Positions 29,666-39,567 of a stretch of 64,000 nucleotides of DNA are shown piece after piece. How positions within the stretch are numbered: the first letter of the stretch is position 1; the number at the start of each line of letters is the position of its first letter. The notes below the pieces were generated by a model. It was not told the DNA's origin. It saw nothing but the letters and a program-made list of their open reading frames with translations, and did no database searches. The stretch comes from Planctomycetota bacterium. GTDB lineage: Bacteria > Planctomycetota > UBA11346. The translations under genes were made by a program, and so were the position numbers. The stretch is taken from positions 256,001 through 320,000 of the forward strand of contig JBBRLJ010000001.1 of assembly GCA_038231435.1 (NCBI GenBank). Reading direction: 5' to 3'.

Positions 29666-30796
29666 ATGACGCAGTTCCTCACCGATCCTGCACGCATGCG
29701 CGCCCTGGCGGCAGAGCACGGCACCCCGCTGCTGCTCTTGTCGACGCAGATGATCAGGCAGCAGTACCGGATCCTGCAGCAGGCGCTGCCGGGCGTGCAG
29801 CTGCATTATGCGCTCAAACCGCTGCCCCACCCCGAGGTGGTGCGCGCGCTGAAAGAGGAAGGCGCCTACTTCGATCTCGCTTCCAACGGCGAGGTCGACG
29901 TGGTGCGTTCGGTGGGCGTGGCTCCGGAACGCTGCATCCAGACCCATCCGATCAAGCGCGACAGCGACATCCGTCACACCCTCGAGTTCGGCTGCCGCAC
30001 CTTCATCTTCGACAATCCCTACGAGCTGCCGAAATTCCTGCCCTACAAGGACCAGGTCGAGCTGCTTATGCGCCTGAGCTTCCGCAACAAGGAAGCTCAG
30101 TGCGACCTGTCGGCGAAGTTCGGCGTGCAACCCTCTGAAGCGCTCGAGCTCCTGCGCAAGGCCATCGGCATGGGGCTGAAGGTCCGCGGCCTGAGCTTCC
30201 ACGTCGGCAGCCAGATGCTCAACGCCTTCAAGTTCATCGAAGCGATCGGCTTCTGCCGCCAGCTCTTCAACCTCGCCGCGCTCGACGGCGTGCGCCTGGA
30301 TACGCTCGACATCGGCGGCGGATATCCCGTCCCGTACATCGAGCCGGTGATGCCGATCTCGTACTACTGCCACCCGATCGCCGGCGAGCTCGAGCGCCAG
30401 TTTCCAGGCGTGCGTCTGATCGCCGAACCGGGCCGCTTCGTCTCCGCACCGGCGATGACGCTGATCTCATCGGTGATGGGCAAGGCCGAGCGCCAAGGAC
30501 TCGCCTGGTACTACCTCGACGACGGACTGTACGGCAGCTACTCCGGCAAGCTCTACGACCACTGCGACTACCAGTTCATGCCGCTGGCGAAACTCGAGGG
30601 CAAGTCGGGCCCCGAGCGCATGAGCGTGGTCGCCGGTCCCACCTGCGATTCGATCGACGTGGTCTACGACAACATCCTGTTGCCCGAGATGGAGTGCAAC
30701 GACCTGGTGGTCAGCCCGATGATGGGCGCCTACACCTGGGCCTCTGCCACCGACTTCAATTTCTTCCCCAAGGCCAAGATCGTCGTCATCGACTGA
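29666..30796 (+). CDS. Fold-type III PLP ornithine/lysine decarboxylase
   Basis: HYALK (PLP Lys), FDLASNGE, SFHVGSQ, LDIGGG, EPGRF, GPTCDSID and MGAY. Confidence 0.9.
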   Translation: MTQFLTDPARMRALAAEHGTPLLLLSTQMIRQQYRILQQALPGVQLHYALKPLPHPEVVRALKEEGAYFDLASNGEVDVVRSVGVAPERCIQTHPIKRDSDIRHTLEFGCRTFIFDNPYELPKFLPYKDQVELLMRLSFRNKEAQCDLSAKFGVQPSEALELLRKAIGMGLKVRGLSFHVGSQMLNAFKFIEAIGFCRQLFNLAALDGVRLDTLDIGGGYPVPYIEPVMPISYYCHPIAGELERQFPGVRLIAEPGRFVSAPAMTLISSVMGKAERQGLAWYYLDDGLYGSYSGKLYDHCDYQFMPLAKLEGKSGPERMSVVAGPTCDSIDVVYDNILLPEMECNDLVVSPMMGAYTWASATDFNFFPKAKIVVID

Positions 30797-30813
30797 TAGC
30801 GCGAGAACCTACC

Positions 30814-31668
30814 ATGGCCTCTGAAAACCTGAACCTCTGGCTCGAAGACCTGTACGGCGACCAGGCGGGCATCCGCCTGCGGCTGCGCGAGTGCCTGTAC
30901 AGCGCCACCTCGCCGTTCCAGCGTATCGCGGTCTACGACAGCGTCGCGTTCGGCAAGGTCCTGACCCTCGGCGGAGCGATCGCGCTCACCGATTTCGACG
31001 AGGCGCTCTATTCGGAATGCCTGGTGCACCCCGCGCTGAGCGTGGCGCCCGAGGCCAAGCGCGTCCTCATCCTCGGCGGCGGCGACGGCGGCGTCGCGCG
31101 CGAGGTGCTGCGCTACCCCAAGGTCGAGCGCGTCACCGTGGTCGAGATCGACAGGCAGGTGGTCGAGGTCTGCAAGAGCCACTTCCCGCGCGCGGCCGCG
31201 TCGCTGTCCGACAAGCGCGTCGAGCTGGTGATCGACGACGCCCACCGCTATCTGCGCGACTGCCAGCACCAGTTCGACGTCGTCATCGTCGACGCCTGCG
31301 AGCTTTCTGATACCGCCAGCGACGCCTTCCACGCGGTCGGCTTCGCGGATCTGGTGTTCAAGCGCCTGAGAGACGGCGGCATCCTGGTCGCGCCGCTCGG
31401 TTGTCCGACCTTCGATTCAGACCATTGCCGCGGCACCCTGCGCAAGCTCGGCGAAAAGTTCCCCAGCCCACGCGTCTACCTGATGACCATCCCGAGCTTT
31501 CCGGGCGGACAGTGGGCGGTGGCGTGGTGCTCGATCGGCGCCAAGCCCGAGCTGGTGCCCGCGACCGCGGCAGTCAGCTCGGACCTGCGCTGCTGGCATC
31601 CCGGACTGCAGGCCGGCATGTTCGCGCTGCCGCGCAATGTGCAGAGCCAGCTCGGGCTGTCGCGCTGA
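30814..31668 (+). CDS. Divergent spermidine synthase paralog
   Basis: SPFQRI, LILGGGDGG and VVEID are intact, but LDG..Q reads LGGAIA and DxTDP reads DACEL. Confidence 0.85.
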   Translation: MASENLNLWLEDLYGDQAGIRLRLRECLYSATSPFQRIAVYDSVAFGKVLTLGGAIALTDFDEALYSECLVHPALSVAPEAKRVLILGGGDGGVAREVLRYPKVERVTVVEIDRQVVEVCKSHFPRAAASLSDKRVELVIDDAHRYLRDCQHQFDVVIVDACELSDTASDAFHAVGFADLVFKRLRDGGILVAPLGCPTFDSDHCRGTLRKLGEKFPSPRVYLMTIPSFPGGQWAVAWCSIGAKPELVPATAAVSSDLRCWHPGLQAGMFALPRNVQSQLGLSR

Positions 31669-31674
31669 CTATCG

Positions 31675-31849
31675 GTTGTGGGGCTACGGCCCTGCGCGCG
31701 ATGGTTGCCCAAAAAGGCATTCGAGAATCGCTACGCGATTCCACCCCAACATCTCGCTGCCTCTACCGACTGGGGCCTCATGCCGCCTCTGCCCCCTTGG
31801 AAGAATCGGTCAGTGTGAGTTGGGAGCAGGCGCCGTTGGCGCTGCTCGA
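31675..31849 (-). repeat. Intergenic element family A, copy 1 (between convergent genes)
   Basis: Reverse complement tcgagcagcgcc...tgctcccaactcac...gggggcag...gatgttgggg..gaatcgcgtagcgattc...agggccgtagccccacaac aligns with 43271-43418. Confidence 0.85.
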
Positions 31850-31897
31850 CTGTCAGAGCCATGACTCCGTGGCCTGCAGGATGAACTCCCTATCGCC

Positions 31898-32989
31898 TCA
31901 GATCATCTCGAGTCCATCACGATCCGGCAGCTTCGGAAACGGCGCCGCCGGCAGCGTCTGGTACCAGAACGCCACCGACGAGATGTCGTCCTGCAGCGGC
32001 AGGTAGCGGCCCTCGCTGCGCCAGCCGAGCGCCTGGATGGTGACGCGCAGATCCTTCTCGAAGCGGATCGGATCGGGGATGTGCCAGCGATACAGGCCGA
32101 AGCGCTGCTGCGAGCGGTACAGCCCATCGGGCCTGATCACCTGCGGCATGCCGACGTAGGGCGTGGCGAATTCCTGGTACTGGCGCTTGTCCTTCGGACC
32201 GGCCTCGAAGTTGTATGAGCCGCAGAAATAATCCTCGGTGCCGGTGCCGCAGTTGGTGGGGAATTCGCCGTCGCCATCGATGTAGAACTTGATCTCGCCC
32301 TCTCCCCACCATCCGGTGTTGTTGACGCCCCACACCATGTATGTGCCCACGTACTGGCCGTGGCCCTTCACGCCGTCGACAATGGTGTAGACCTGCTTGT
32401 ACGGCAGCGGATTGGCGCGGCGGAACTGGGCGTGGAAATACGCCGAATCGGCGGGCACCTCGGTGAGCGCGTAGTCGATCTGGAAGTAGACGTTCGACGG
32501 CGTGACGTTCAGGTTCTCGAGGGTGATCGTGCAGTGCTTCCTGAACGGCATCTCCCAGTAGCAGTTGAGCGCGCTGCCTGGATTGAAGCAGACCGCCTGC
32601 GAAGCGAAGTAGCCGCCATCAGGGCCCAGGGTGCATGCGAAGAAATCGCCGACCGGGCATTCGACCGATGGCTGCTCCTGGCCGTCCCAGTGGATGCGCA
32701 GGATGAGATGGCGCCAATTGCCGACCGGCGTCATCCAGATGTGCTGGATCGCGCCGGGACCGGCGATGTCGGCCAGGACGTGCCGCTCGCCCGGCTTAAT
32801 GGTCACGAAGGGGTTGATCTTCCAGCCTCGGCCGAGGTCCCTGGCGCACGACGAGGCCACGCCCTCGCTGGCCATGCCGCCGGCGCCCTTGGCCCCGGTC
32901 GGGTTCTCGGCGCTGATCGAGCGCGACTTGGCGCGCGAGAGGCGCGCCAGATTACCGAGGTTGGTGCCCAAACCGTTGAAGTCAGCCAT
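31898..32989 (-). CDS. DUF2961 / GH172 family glycoside hydrolase
   Basis: SRSISAENPTG.KG.GG, GPGAIQHIWMT, GWWGEGEIKFYIDGD, CGTGTEDYF and YRWHI.DPIRF. Confidence 0.92.
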   Translation of the reverse strand: MADFNGLGTNLGNLARLSRAKSRSISAENPTGAKGAGGMASEGVASSCARDLGRGWKINPFVTIKPGERHVLADIAGPGAIQHIWMTPVGNWRHLILRIHWDGQEQPSVECPVGDFFACTLGPDGGYFASQAVCFNPGSALNCYWEMPFRKHCTITLENLNVTPSNVYFQIDYALTEVPADSAYFHAQFRRANPLPYKQVYTIVDGVKGHGQYVGTYMVWGVNNTGWWGEGEIKFYIDGDGEFPTNCGTGTEDYFCGSYNFEAGPKDKRQYQEFATPYVGMPQVIRPDGLYRSQQRFGLYRWHIPDPIRFEKDLRVTIQALGWRSEGRYLPLQDDISSVAFWYQTLPAAPFPKLPDRDGLEMI

Positions 32990-33114
32990 GGTCGCTCCGG
33001 AGTCGAGTGGGTGAGGAAGCACAGAGAGTGTGGTGGATGCTGATGACACTTGCAGACTACGCACGTATTACGGTGATTTAAATGGCATGGATTCGGAAAT
33101 AGGGGTGGTATCTT

Positions 33115-33951
33115 ATGCCCAGAGGCCCAATGGAACCCCTGCGCATCTTCTATTCCGAGCCGCCGCTCGACAACGACGAGATCGCGCTGCACGCGCTCGG
33201 CATCCGCGAATGGATGCCGGCACAGATGATCAACCGGCCCTCGGGAACCGGCGACTACCTGTTCATGCACTTCCACCAGGAGACGGTCATCGGCGTGCCG
33301 AGCGGAGCGCAGCCGTTTCCCGCGCACACCCTGATGGTGTGGGGTCCGTTGGACGGGCATCTCTACGGGCAGACGGCGGCCAAGTGGTGCCATTCGTGGA
33401 TGCACGTCGAAGGTCGCGCGGTCGCGCGCGCGCTCGATGCCGCCGGTGTACCGCTCGCCACGCCGATCACCGGCGTCGACCCGCGCATACTCGAGGGCTG
33501 CGTGTCGCTGATCCACGGAGAGGTGCGACGCAACGCCCGCGCCGACGAGGTGATCGTCGCCAACCTGCTCGACATCCTCGCGCGGGAGATCGGGCGGGTG
33601 GCGAACGCTCGCGGCGCGCCGAGCGTGCCCTCGCGCTGGCTCGACCTGCGTCGCCATCTCGAGGAATGCTTTGCCGAGCCGATGCGCCTGAAGGATCTCG
33701 CCAAGCGCGCTGGCTGCTCGGTGCCCCACTTCTGCGCAGAGTTCAAGCGCCACTTCCGCTGCTCGGCGATCGAATTCGTCATCCGCCAGCGCATGCACCG
33801 TGCGCGCATGCTGCTGCGCAACCGCAACACCACCGTCACCGACGTGGCCGAAGCGGTGGGCTACGACGATATCCACCACTTCTCCAAGCTCTTCCGCAAG
33901 CACCACGGCATGCCGCCGAGCGAGATGCGCGAGATGCTGGTCGCCGGCTGA
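33115..33951 (+). CDS. AraC family transcriptional regulator
   Basis: C-terminal double HTH (DLAKRAGCSVPHF...VAEAVGYDDIHHFSKLFRKHHGMPP); divergent from the GH172 gene. Confidence 0.92.
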   Translation: MPRGPMEPLRIFYSEPPLDNDEIALHALGIREWMPAQMINRPSGTGDYLFMHFHQETVIGVPSGAQPFPAHTLMVWGPLDGHLYGQTAAKWCHSWMHVEGRAVARALDAAGVPLATPITGVDPRILEGCVSLIHGEVRRNARADEVIVANLLDILAREIGRVANARGAPSVPSRWLDLRRHLEECFAEPMRLKDLAKRAGCSVPHFCAEFKRHFRCSAIEFVIRQRMHRARMLLRNRNTTVTDVAEAVGYDDIHHFSKLFRKHHGMPPSEMREMLVAG

Positions 33952-33959
33952 ACCGCGTC

Positions 33960-34844
33960 TCAGACCCGTGCCGGCTCAAATCCCCGCCAGACATGCCCCT
34001 GCATCATCCGCCACAGCCTGCTCGCGTCGATCCAGCGCGACGGACCAGCGCTATCATCGCCGCGTGGCTCGGGCACGCCCGCGGCGCGCGCCAAGGACGC
34101 ATAATACTCGCGCGCGGTGATGCGCAGCGGAGATGCCGCGTTGAGGATGCCGGTGCCGAGCCCGCCGCCGCCGACGGCACTGTCTCCGATGCCTGAATTG
34201 CCTCCCTGGCCGACGAGCGCCTCGACGCACAGCTCGGCGCAATCCAGCTCGTGCAGGAAGCTGAAGGGCCTGGAGAGAACCCCGCGCACGCTGCCATCGC
34301 CCGAGCGCAGCCGCTCCAACGCGTGCTGCCGGGTCGGACCGATCAGCGCGGGCATGCGCAGGACCAGCGCTCCGCCATGCGCGAGCACCGCCGTCTCGAT
34401 CGCGAGCAGCCCGGCGATCGCCGGATCGGCGGCATCGACCTGGCCGTCCTCATTCACATCCGCGCCGCCCGCGTCGGCGTACACCGCGGTGGTGCCGGTA
34501 TAGACCAGGCGCGTGCCCGGCAGGAATCTGCCCACCAGGCGCGCCGCGCGCTCGAGGCCGTTGTCCCGGCCACGACGCAACCCGGGATTGGCCGCGAGCA
34601 GCACCGCATGGAATGGCGGACCCGGTTCGACTCCGGATCCGACATGGTCCTCCCAGGATTCGCCCATCAGCATGGCGATCTCGCTCCACCAGCCGGGATC
34701 GGCGATGTCGCCAGGGACGATGCGGAAGCCGGCTTCCAGGGGCAGGGGCTGGCGGCGTACCCCGAGCACGTGGTGGCCATCGGCCACCAGCAAGCCGCCC
34801 ACCAACGTGCCGATGGTGCCGCAGCCGAGGATCAGGACATTCAT
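33960..34844 (-). CDS. NAD-dependent epimerase/dehydratase family (atypical SDR)
   Basis: VLILGCGTIG Rossmann motif, LVYTGTTAVY, LRMPALIGP, FLHELD and RWIDASRL. Confidence 0.8.
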   Translation of the reverse strand: MNVLILGCGTIGTLVGGLLVADGHHVLGVRRQPLPLEAGFRIVPGDIADPGWWSEIAMLMGESWEDHVGSGVEPGPPFHAVLLAANPGLRRGRDNGLERAARLVGRFLPGTRLVYTGTTAVYADAGGADVNEDGQVDAADPAIAGLLAIETAVLAHGGALVLRMPALIGPTRQHALERLRSGDGSVRGVLSRPFSFLHELDCAELCVEALVGQGGNSGIGDSAVGGGGLGTGILNAASPLRITAREYYASLARAAGVPEPRGDDSAGPSRWIDASRLWRMMQGHVWRGFEPARV

Positions 34845-34978
34845 GCGATACCCTGGAAATGCACCTGGGGCATCCTCGCTCCGCGCCGCCGGCGGCAAGC
34901 CATCGCGAGCCGATTCCGGACGCCCATGGAACCATCCGCCGCTCCGGCCGTCCAACCGTCTCCATCCCAGGAAGCGCC

Positions 34979-36322
34979 ATGATCCCAGCTCGCCTCGCAA
35001 TGGTCTCCCTCGCTCTCGGTTGTGTCCTCCCCGCCGCCAGCCCAGCCGCCGAGCACGCCCCCGACCTCGGGCCTCGCTGCGAACTGCCGATCACCTTGGC
35101 CGTGCCGCCTGGCAAGACCCGGGAGAAGCTCCCAGTCCTCACCATGTGTCGCCTCCCCGAGGGCTACCAGCGTCGGATCCAGCAGGTGCGCGGAGGCCGG
35201 ATGGACAGCGAGCCCAAGTGGCTCGATCTGGTGCCCGAGCGTGCGCTCTACGAGCATCTGCTCGCGCGCGACGGTGATCCGGCCGCCGTGATGGTACCCG
35301 GCGACGACCGCAGCACGGTGGCGATGGTCACCATCCCCGCCGACGCCAGGCCGGTCGACCTGATACGCGACGGCTCGACATTCACCATCCGCTGCGATGC
35401 CCTGATGAAGCCGGTCGAGCACGACGCCGACGCCACGCCCATGCCGACGCGCCAGGTCTACGCAGTGGAACTGGGCCGCCTGCCCGCCGGAGCCTACCGC
35501 TGCGATCTGTCGATCACCTGGAGGGAAGGCCAGGATGCCGGCTCCCCATTTTTCAAGGTCGCGCGCGTCGCGAGCGGATCGCTACCATTCAGCGTGCTGG
35601 ACACGGCTGCGCCGGACGGTCCGTCACAGCCGCCGGCGATGCCCAGCCTGGATGACGGTGCGCTCGTCGGCGATGGCTCATCCGCCGCGAAGCCCGGCCA
35701 GCCGATGTGGCAGATCCCACGCTGCGTGACACGTCCCCTGGCCGACTCCTTAGCCGACGAGGGCCTGATGGGCGTTGGCGGCGTCGATCTGACCACGCTG
35801 GGAGCCGATCCCATCGACCTGCCGGTCCTCGTTCCCGTGGATGCCACCGGCGCCACCACCGGCACGCTCGTCGCCGAGATCGTCGGCCCCACGCTCGACA
35901 GCGGCCAATGGCTGCGCGTGCGTTCGGTCGAGATGGCGTTGGGCACCTGGACCGTGACCGTCGAGACCTGGCGCGACAACGCCGGCCGCGACAAGAACGT
36001 CCGTCATCGCGAGGTGCTGCTGATCCCGCTCGAACTCCCACATGGCGGCCTCGCCCAGGCGCCACGCGTCGAGCTGCGCTGGCGATCCCTGCTGTCCGAC
36101 CAGCCAGGCGGCAGCTACCGCGAGATCCTCGTCCGCAACCACCCCGCCGTACCCCACGCCATCTCCGCCTCCCCGCCATCCGTCACCGCCGACGCGCACG
36201 GCCAACGCCAGCTCCCCCCGCTGAGCAACAACCCCGTCCCCTCGACCGCCCATCCCACCGACCACGCCCCCATCCGCGCGACCGCCCCCACAGAATCCAA
36301 GCCGCCGACCAACGACTTCTAA
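34979..36322 (+). CDS. Secreted hypothetical protein
   Basis: Signal-peptide-like N terminus (RLAMVSLALGCVLPAA), beta-rich domains and Pro-rich tail; family not recognised. Confidence 0.7.
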   Translation: MIPARLAMVSLALGCVLPAASPAAEHAPDLGPRCELPITLAVPPGKTREKLPVLTMCRLPEGYQRRIQQVRGGRMDSEPKWLDLVPERALYEHLLARDGDPAAVMVPGDDRSTVAMVTIPADARPVDLIRDGSTFTIRCDALMKPVEHDADATPMPTRQVYAVELGRLPAGAYRCDLSITWREGQDAGSPFFKVARVASGSLPFSVLDTAAPDGPSQPPAMPSLDDGALVGDGSSAAKPGQPMWQIPRCVTRPLADSLADEGLMGVGGVDLTTLGADPIDLPVLVPVDATGATTGTLVAEIVGPTLDSGQWLRVRSVEMALGTWTVTVETWRDNAGRDKNVRHREVLLIPLELPHGGLAQAPRVELRWRSLLSDQPGGSYREILVRNHPAVPHAISASPPSVTADAHGQRQLPPLSNNPVPSTAHPTDHAPIRATAPTESKPPTNDF

Positions 36323-36323
36323 T

Positions 36324-36446
36324 TCGAGCAGCACGCAGCGCCTTGCTCGTATAGCAGCGCGCAGCGCTCTGCTCCCATCCCGCCAAGCTCCCCGCCTCCT
36401 GGGGGGCAGCGCGACGCGCGATGTTGGGGGGCCGTAGCCCCCCAAC
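36324..36446 (+). repeat. Intergenic element family A, copy 2 (internally shortened)
   Basis: tcgagcagc...tgctc (duplicated), cctcctggggggcagcgc...gcgcgatgttggggggccgtagccccccaac fills the whole convergent intergenic gap. Confidence 0.85.
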
Positions 36447-37774
36447 TATAAGAGCTTGTCCATCACCACCCGCGCCCGATCCGCATCCGAGCGCAACACG
36501 TAGGTGTGGCGCAGGTCGATCGGGCGATTGAAGCTCGCGAGCAGTTCCGAATGCGCGGTGACGTTCTCGATGATCGGGCGGCCGAGCACGCGGCGCTCGC
36601 ACAACAGCCGCGTGCCCGACTCCGCCGTGGCCGCGTCGGCGGCGGGCGTACCTGCGCCGGCGAGATTGGTGAAGTGCTGGCGCGAATGGCGCACGAACAC
36701 GTGGCAGCCCGCCTGCTTCAGCGCGCCCACCAGCTCGAGCGCCAGGAAGTTCTCCTGCGCCTCGGCGCCCACGCGTTCTCGCAATACCAGTTTGGCCGGC
36801 TCGCGATCGAGGATGCGGCGGCTCCAGGGTAGGCCGCGCGCGCGCGCCTCGTGCAGGCGCGTCAGCACGTTGTCGTCGCGCAGCTCGACCAGGTCCTCGA
36901 CGCCGCGGCCGAGCGGGAACGCGATCTCGCCTTCGGCGATCGCGCGCTCGAGGTAGTACTCGAACGCCGGCGGCGTCTTGTGGAAATACACCTGCAGGAA
37001 CATGTGGTACCGCGCGAGCAGCAGACCTTCGAGGGCGTGCACGCCGTGCGCGTCGAGGCCGAGCTCGGGGCCCTCGGGGCCGGCGAGCACGGTCTCGGTG
37101 GCGATCAGCCTCTGCAGATCGTAGATGCCGTAGGTGACGCCCGAGAAGTGGCTGTCGCGCAGCAGGTAGTCGCAGCGATCGGCGTCGAGCTCGCCACTGA
37201 CCAGCGCGCGTAGGATGCCGACCAGGCTGCCCATGGCGATCAGGCGTGGACTGCGGCGGATGGTGCGAGACAGGACTGCCGCCACGTCGCGCGCCATGGG
37301 CTCATCGAGCACGCCGGCGGCCGCCAGACCGTGGATGAGCGCGAGCGAGCAATCCTCGTGGGTGGCTTGGCGGTCGGACGGCCTCAGGCCATCGCGGTAC
37401 CAGTCGACGGGCAGCAGCACGTGCTCGACCATCGGCAGGTAGGCCTCGGCGGTATGGCTGAAGGGCGGATGACCGACGTCGTGGAGCAGGCCGGCGTAGC
37501 GCAGCACCTGGTAGGCGTATTCGAGATCGGCGGACGAGTAGCCATCGAAGCCCTTCGGCTTCGCGGCCATCAGGTGCCGGAAGCGCTCGCCCGCGAGGTG
37601 CATGACCCCGAGCGAATGCTGGAAGCGGTCGTGGACCGCGCCGGGGTAGACCATGCTCACGAAGCCAAGCTGCCGGATGTGGCGTAGGCGCTGGACCCAG
37701 GGATGGTCGACGACCGGACGCTCGGCCTCGGTGATGATGATCGTCCGATGGATGGGATCGCGGATCTCGTACAT
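36446..37774 (-). CDS. HD-domain phosphohydrolase (SAMHD1/dNTPase-like)
   Basis: IRDPIH, QRLRHIRQLG...YPGA.H.RF.HSLG, LLHDVGHPPFSH, ELDADRCDYLLRD and VYFHK. Confidence 0.9.
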   Translation of the reverse strand: MYEIRDPIHRTIIITEAERPVVDHPWVQRLRHIRQLGFVSMVYPGAVHDRFQHSLGVMHLAGERFRHLMAAKPKGFDGYSSADLEYAYQVLRYAGLLHDVGHPPFSHTAEAYLPMVEHVLLPVDWYRDGLRPSDRQATHEDCSLALIHGLAAAGVLDEPMARDVAAVLSRTIRRSPRLIAMGSLVGILRALVSGELDADRCDYLLRDSHFSGVTYGIYDLQRLIATETVLAGPEGPELGLDAHGVHALEGLLLARYHMFLQVYFHKTPPAFEYYLERAIAEGEIAFPLGRGVEDLVELRDDNVLTRLHEARARGLPWSRRILDREPAKLVLRERVGAEAQENFLALELVGALKQAGCHVFVRHSRQHFTNLAGAGTPAADAATAESGTRLLCERRVLGRPIIENVTAHSELLASFNRPIDLRHTYVLRSDADRARVVMDKLL

Positions 37775-37940
37775 GGGTCAGTTACAACCTATGGGGGCGG
37801 ACGTCGTGCGCCAGATGCGGGCCCCGCATTCTGCCCACGCATGCATTCTCGGCCATCGATGCGTTGAACCAGGGGCAAACCGGACTCCGCGTTTGACTTC
37901 CCCTGGTCGCGCCGGACACCGTGACCGGAGGGGCATCCGC

Positions 37941-39512
37941 ATGGCAAAGATCCTCGTTACCGACGGCATGGCCGTCGAAGGCCTCGACATCCTCAAGCAC
38001 GGCGGCCACAGCGTCGACAACCGCAAGGTCGCCGGCGACGAGCTGCTGCGCATCATCAAGGAGTACGACGGCCTGGTGGTGCGCTCCGCGACCCAGGTGA
38101 CCGAGAAGGTGATCAAGGCTGGAGCCCCGACCCTGAAGGTGGTGGGTCGCGCGGGCGTGGGCGTAGACAACGTCGACCTCCCCTCGGCGACCGGCACCGG
38201 CGTGATCGTCATGAACGCTCCGCTCGGCAACATCGTCTCGGCCGCCGAGCACACCATCGGCATGATCTTCGCCGCCGCGCGCATGATCCCCCAGGCCTAC
38301 GCCAAGCTCGCCAAGGGCGAGTGGGACAAGAAGAGCTTCACCGGCATCGAACTCGATGGCAAGACTCTCGGCATCGTCGGCCTGGGCAAGATCGGCAAGC
38401 ACGTCGCCCAGGTCCTGCAGGCCGCGGGCATGAACGTGATCGCCTTCGATCCGTTCCTGAGCCCCGAGGTGGCCAAGGAGCTGCGCATCGAATCGGTGAG
38501 CCTCGAGCAGCTGCTGCCGCGCGCCGACATCATCACGCTCCATACGCCGTTGACCGAGCAGACCCGCAATCTGATCAACGCCGAGCGCCTGCGCTCGATG
38601 AAGAAGACCGCGCGCATCGTCAACGTCGCCCGCGGCGGCATCATCGACGAGAGCGCGCTCGCCGAGGCGCTCAGGGCGGGGGTCATCGCCGGCGCCGCCA
38701 TCGACGTGTTCTCTGAGGAGCCGCTGCCGGCCTCGAGCCCGCTGCACGGCATCCCGACCTGCATCCTCACCCCGCACCTCGGCGCCAGCACCGAGGAGGC
38801 GCAGGTGAAGGTCTCGGTGGATATCGCCAACCAGTTCAACTCCTACTTCGCCAGCGGCAAGATCATCAACGCGGTGAACGTGCAGCTGCGCGTGGACCCG
38901 GCGATCGACGGCTACCTGGCCGCCGCCGAGGCGCTCGGCGCCGCGGTGGTGCAGACCATCGACGAGCCTCTCAAAGGCCTCGAGATCGTCGCCCGTGGCG
39001 ATCTGGCGCGCTACGACACCAAGCCGCTGGCCACCGCCGCGCTCAAGGGCGCATTGGCCAAGATCAGCGACCAGGTGGTGAACTTCGTCACCGTCGCCCA
39101 GGTCGCCAAGGAGCGCGGCATCACCATCACCAGCTCGTCGAGCGAGCAGGCCGACGAGGACGCGGCCCAGCTCACGGTGAAGGCGATCACCGCCAACGGC
39201 GAGCACCTGATCGGCGGGGCGCTGGTGCACGGCCAGCTGCGCGTGCTGAACTACAACGAGTACCTGATCGACCTGCCGATGGGCGGACACCTGCTGGTGA
39301 TGGAATACCCGGATCGTCCGGGCATGGTCGGCAAGTACGGCTCGATCCTGGGCGCCAACAACATCAACATCGCGCGCATGGAAGTGTCGCGCATCGATGG
39401 CCGCGGAGATGCGCTGGTGATCCTGACCCTCGACGATCCGGTGCCCGCGCCGGTGTTCGAGGAGATCAAGAGCACGGTCAAGCCGAACCGCGCCTACAAG
39501 GTGTCGATCTAG
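37941..39512 (+). CDS. serA: D-3-phosphoglycerate dehydrogenase (with ASB and ACT domains)
   Basis: [36 protein letters not shown] and C-terminal ACT (DRPGMVG...INIARM); GGAGG RBS. Confidence 0.95.
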   Translation: MAKILVTDGMAVEGLDILKHGGHSVDNRKVAGDELLRIIKEYDGLVVRSATQVTEKVIKAGAPTLKVVGRAGVGVDNVDLPSATGTGVIVMNAPLGNIVSAAEHTIGMIFAAARMIPQAYAKLAKGEWDKKSFTGIELDGKTLGIVGLGKIGKHVAQVLQAAGMNVIAFDPFLSPEVAKELRIESVSLEQLLPRADIITLHTPLTEQTRNLINAERLRSMKKTARIVNVARGGIIDESALAEALRAGVIAGAAIDVFSEEPLPASSPLHGIPTCILTPHLGASTEEAQVKVSVDIANQFNSYFASGKIINAVNVQLRVDPAIDGYLAAAEALGAAVVQTIDEPLKGLEIVARGDLARYDTKPLATAALKGALAKISDQVVNFVTVAQVAKERGITITSSSSEQADEDAAQLTVKAITANGEHLIGGALVHGQLRVLNYNEYLIDLPMGGHLLVMEYPDRPGMVGKYGSILGANNINIARMEVSRIDGRGDALVILTLDDPVPAPVFEEIKSTVKPNRAYKVSI

Positions 39513-39516
39513 GAAA

Positions 39517-39548
39517 CGTCCGTCGTCGCGTCGTCCGTCATCCGTCAT
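39517..39548. repeat. 7-bp-periodic c(g/a)tccgt repeat after serA
   Basis: cgtccgt cgtcgcgt cgtccgt catccgt cat. Confidence 0.65.
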
Positions 39549-39567
39549 CGACGAGCTGGGGAGGAAC

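Noticed and set aside
34618..34645. cccggttcgactccgg resembles a tRNA T-arm (possible att-site remnant)
   Set aside because: No D arm, anticodon arm, acceptor pairing or CCA; lies inside the epimerase CDS and does not match either tRNA in the window
36446..37774. HD dNTPase-like gene as an anti-phage defence system
   Set aside because: Widespread housekeeping-type HD family; no defence-island context
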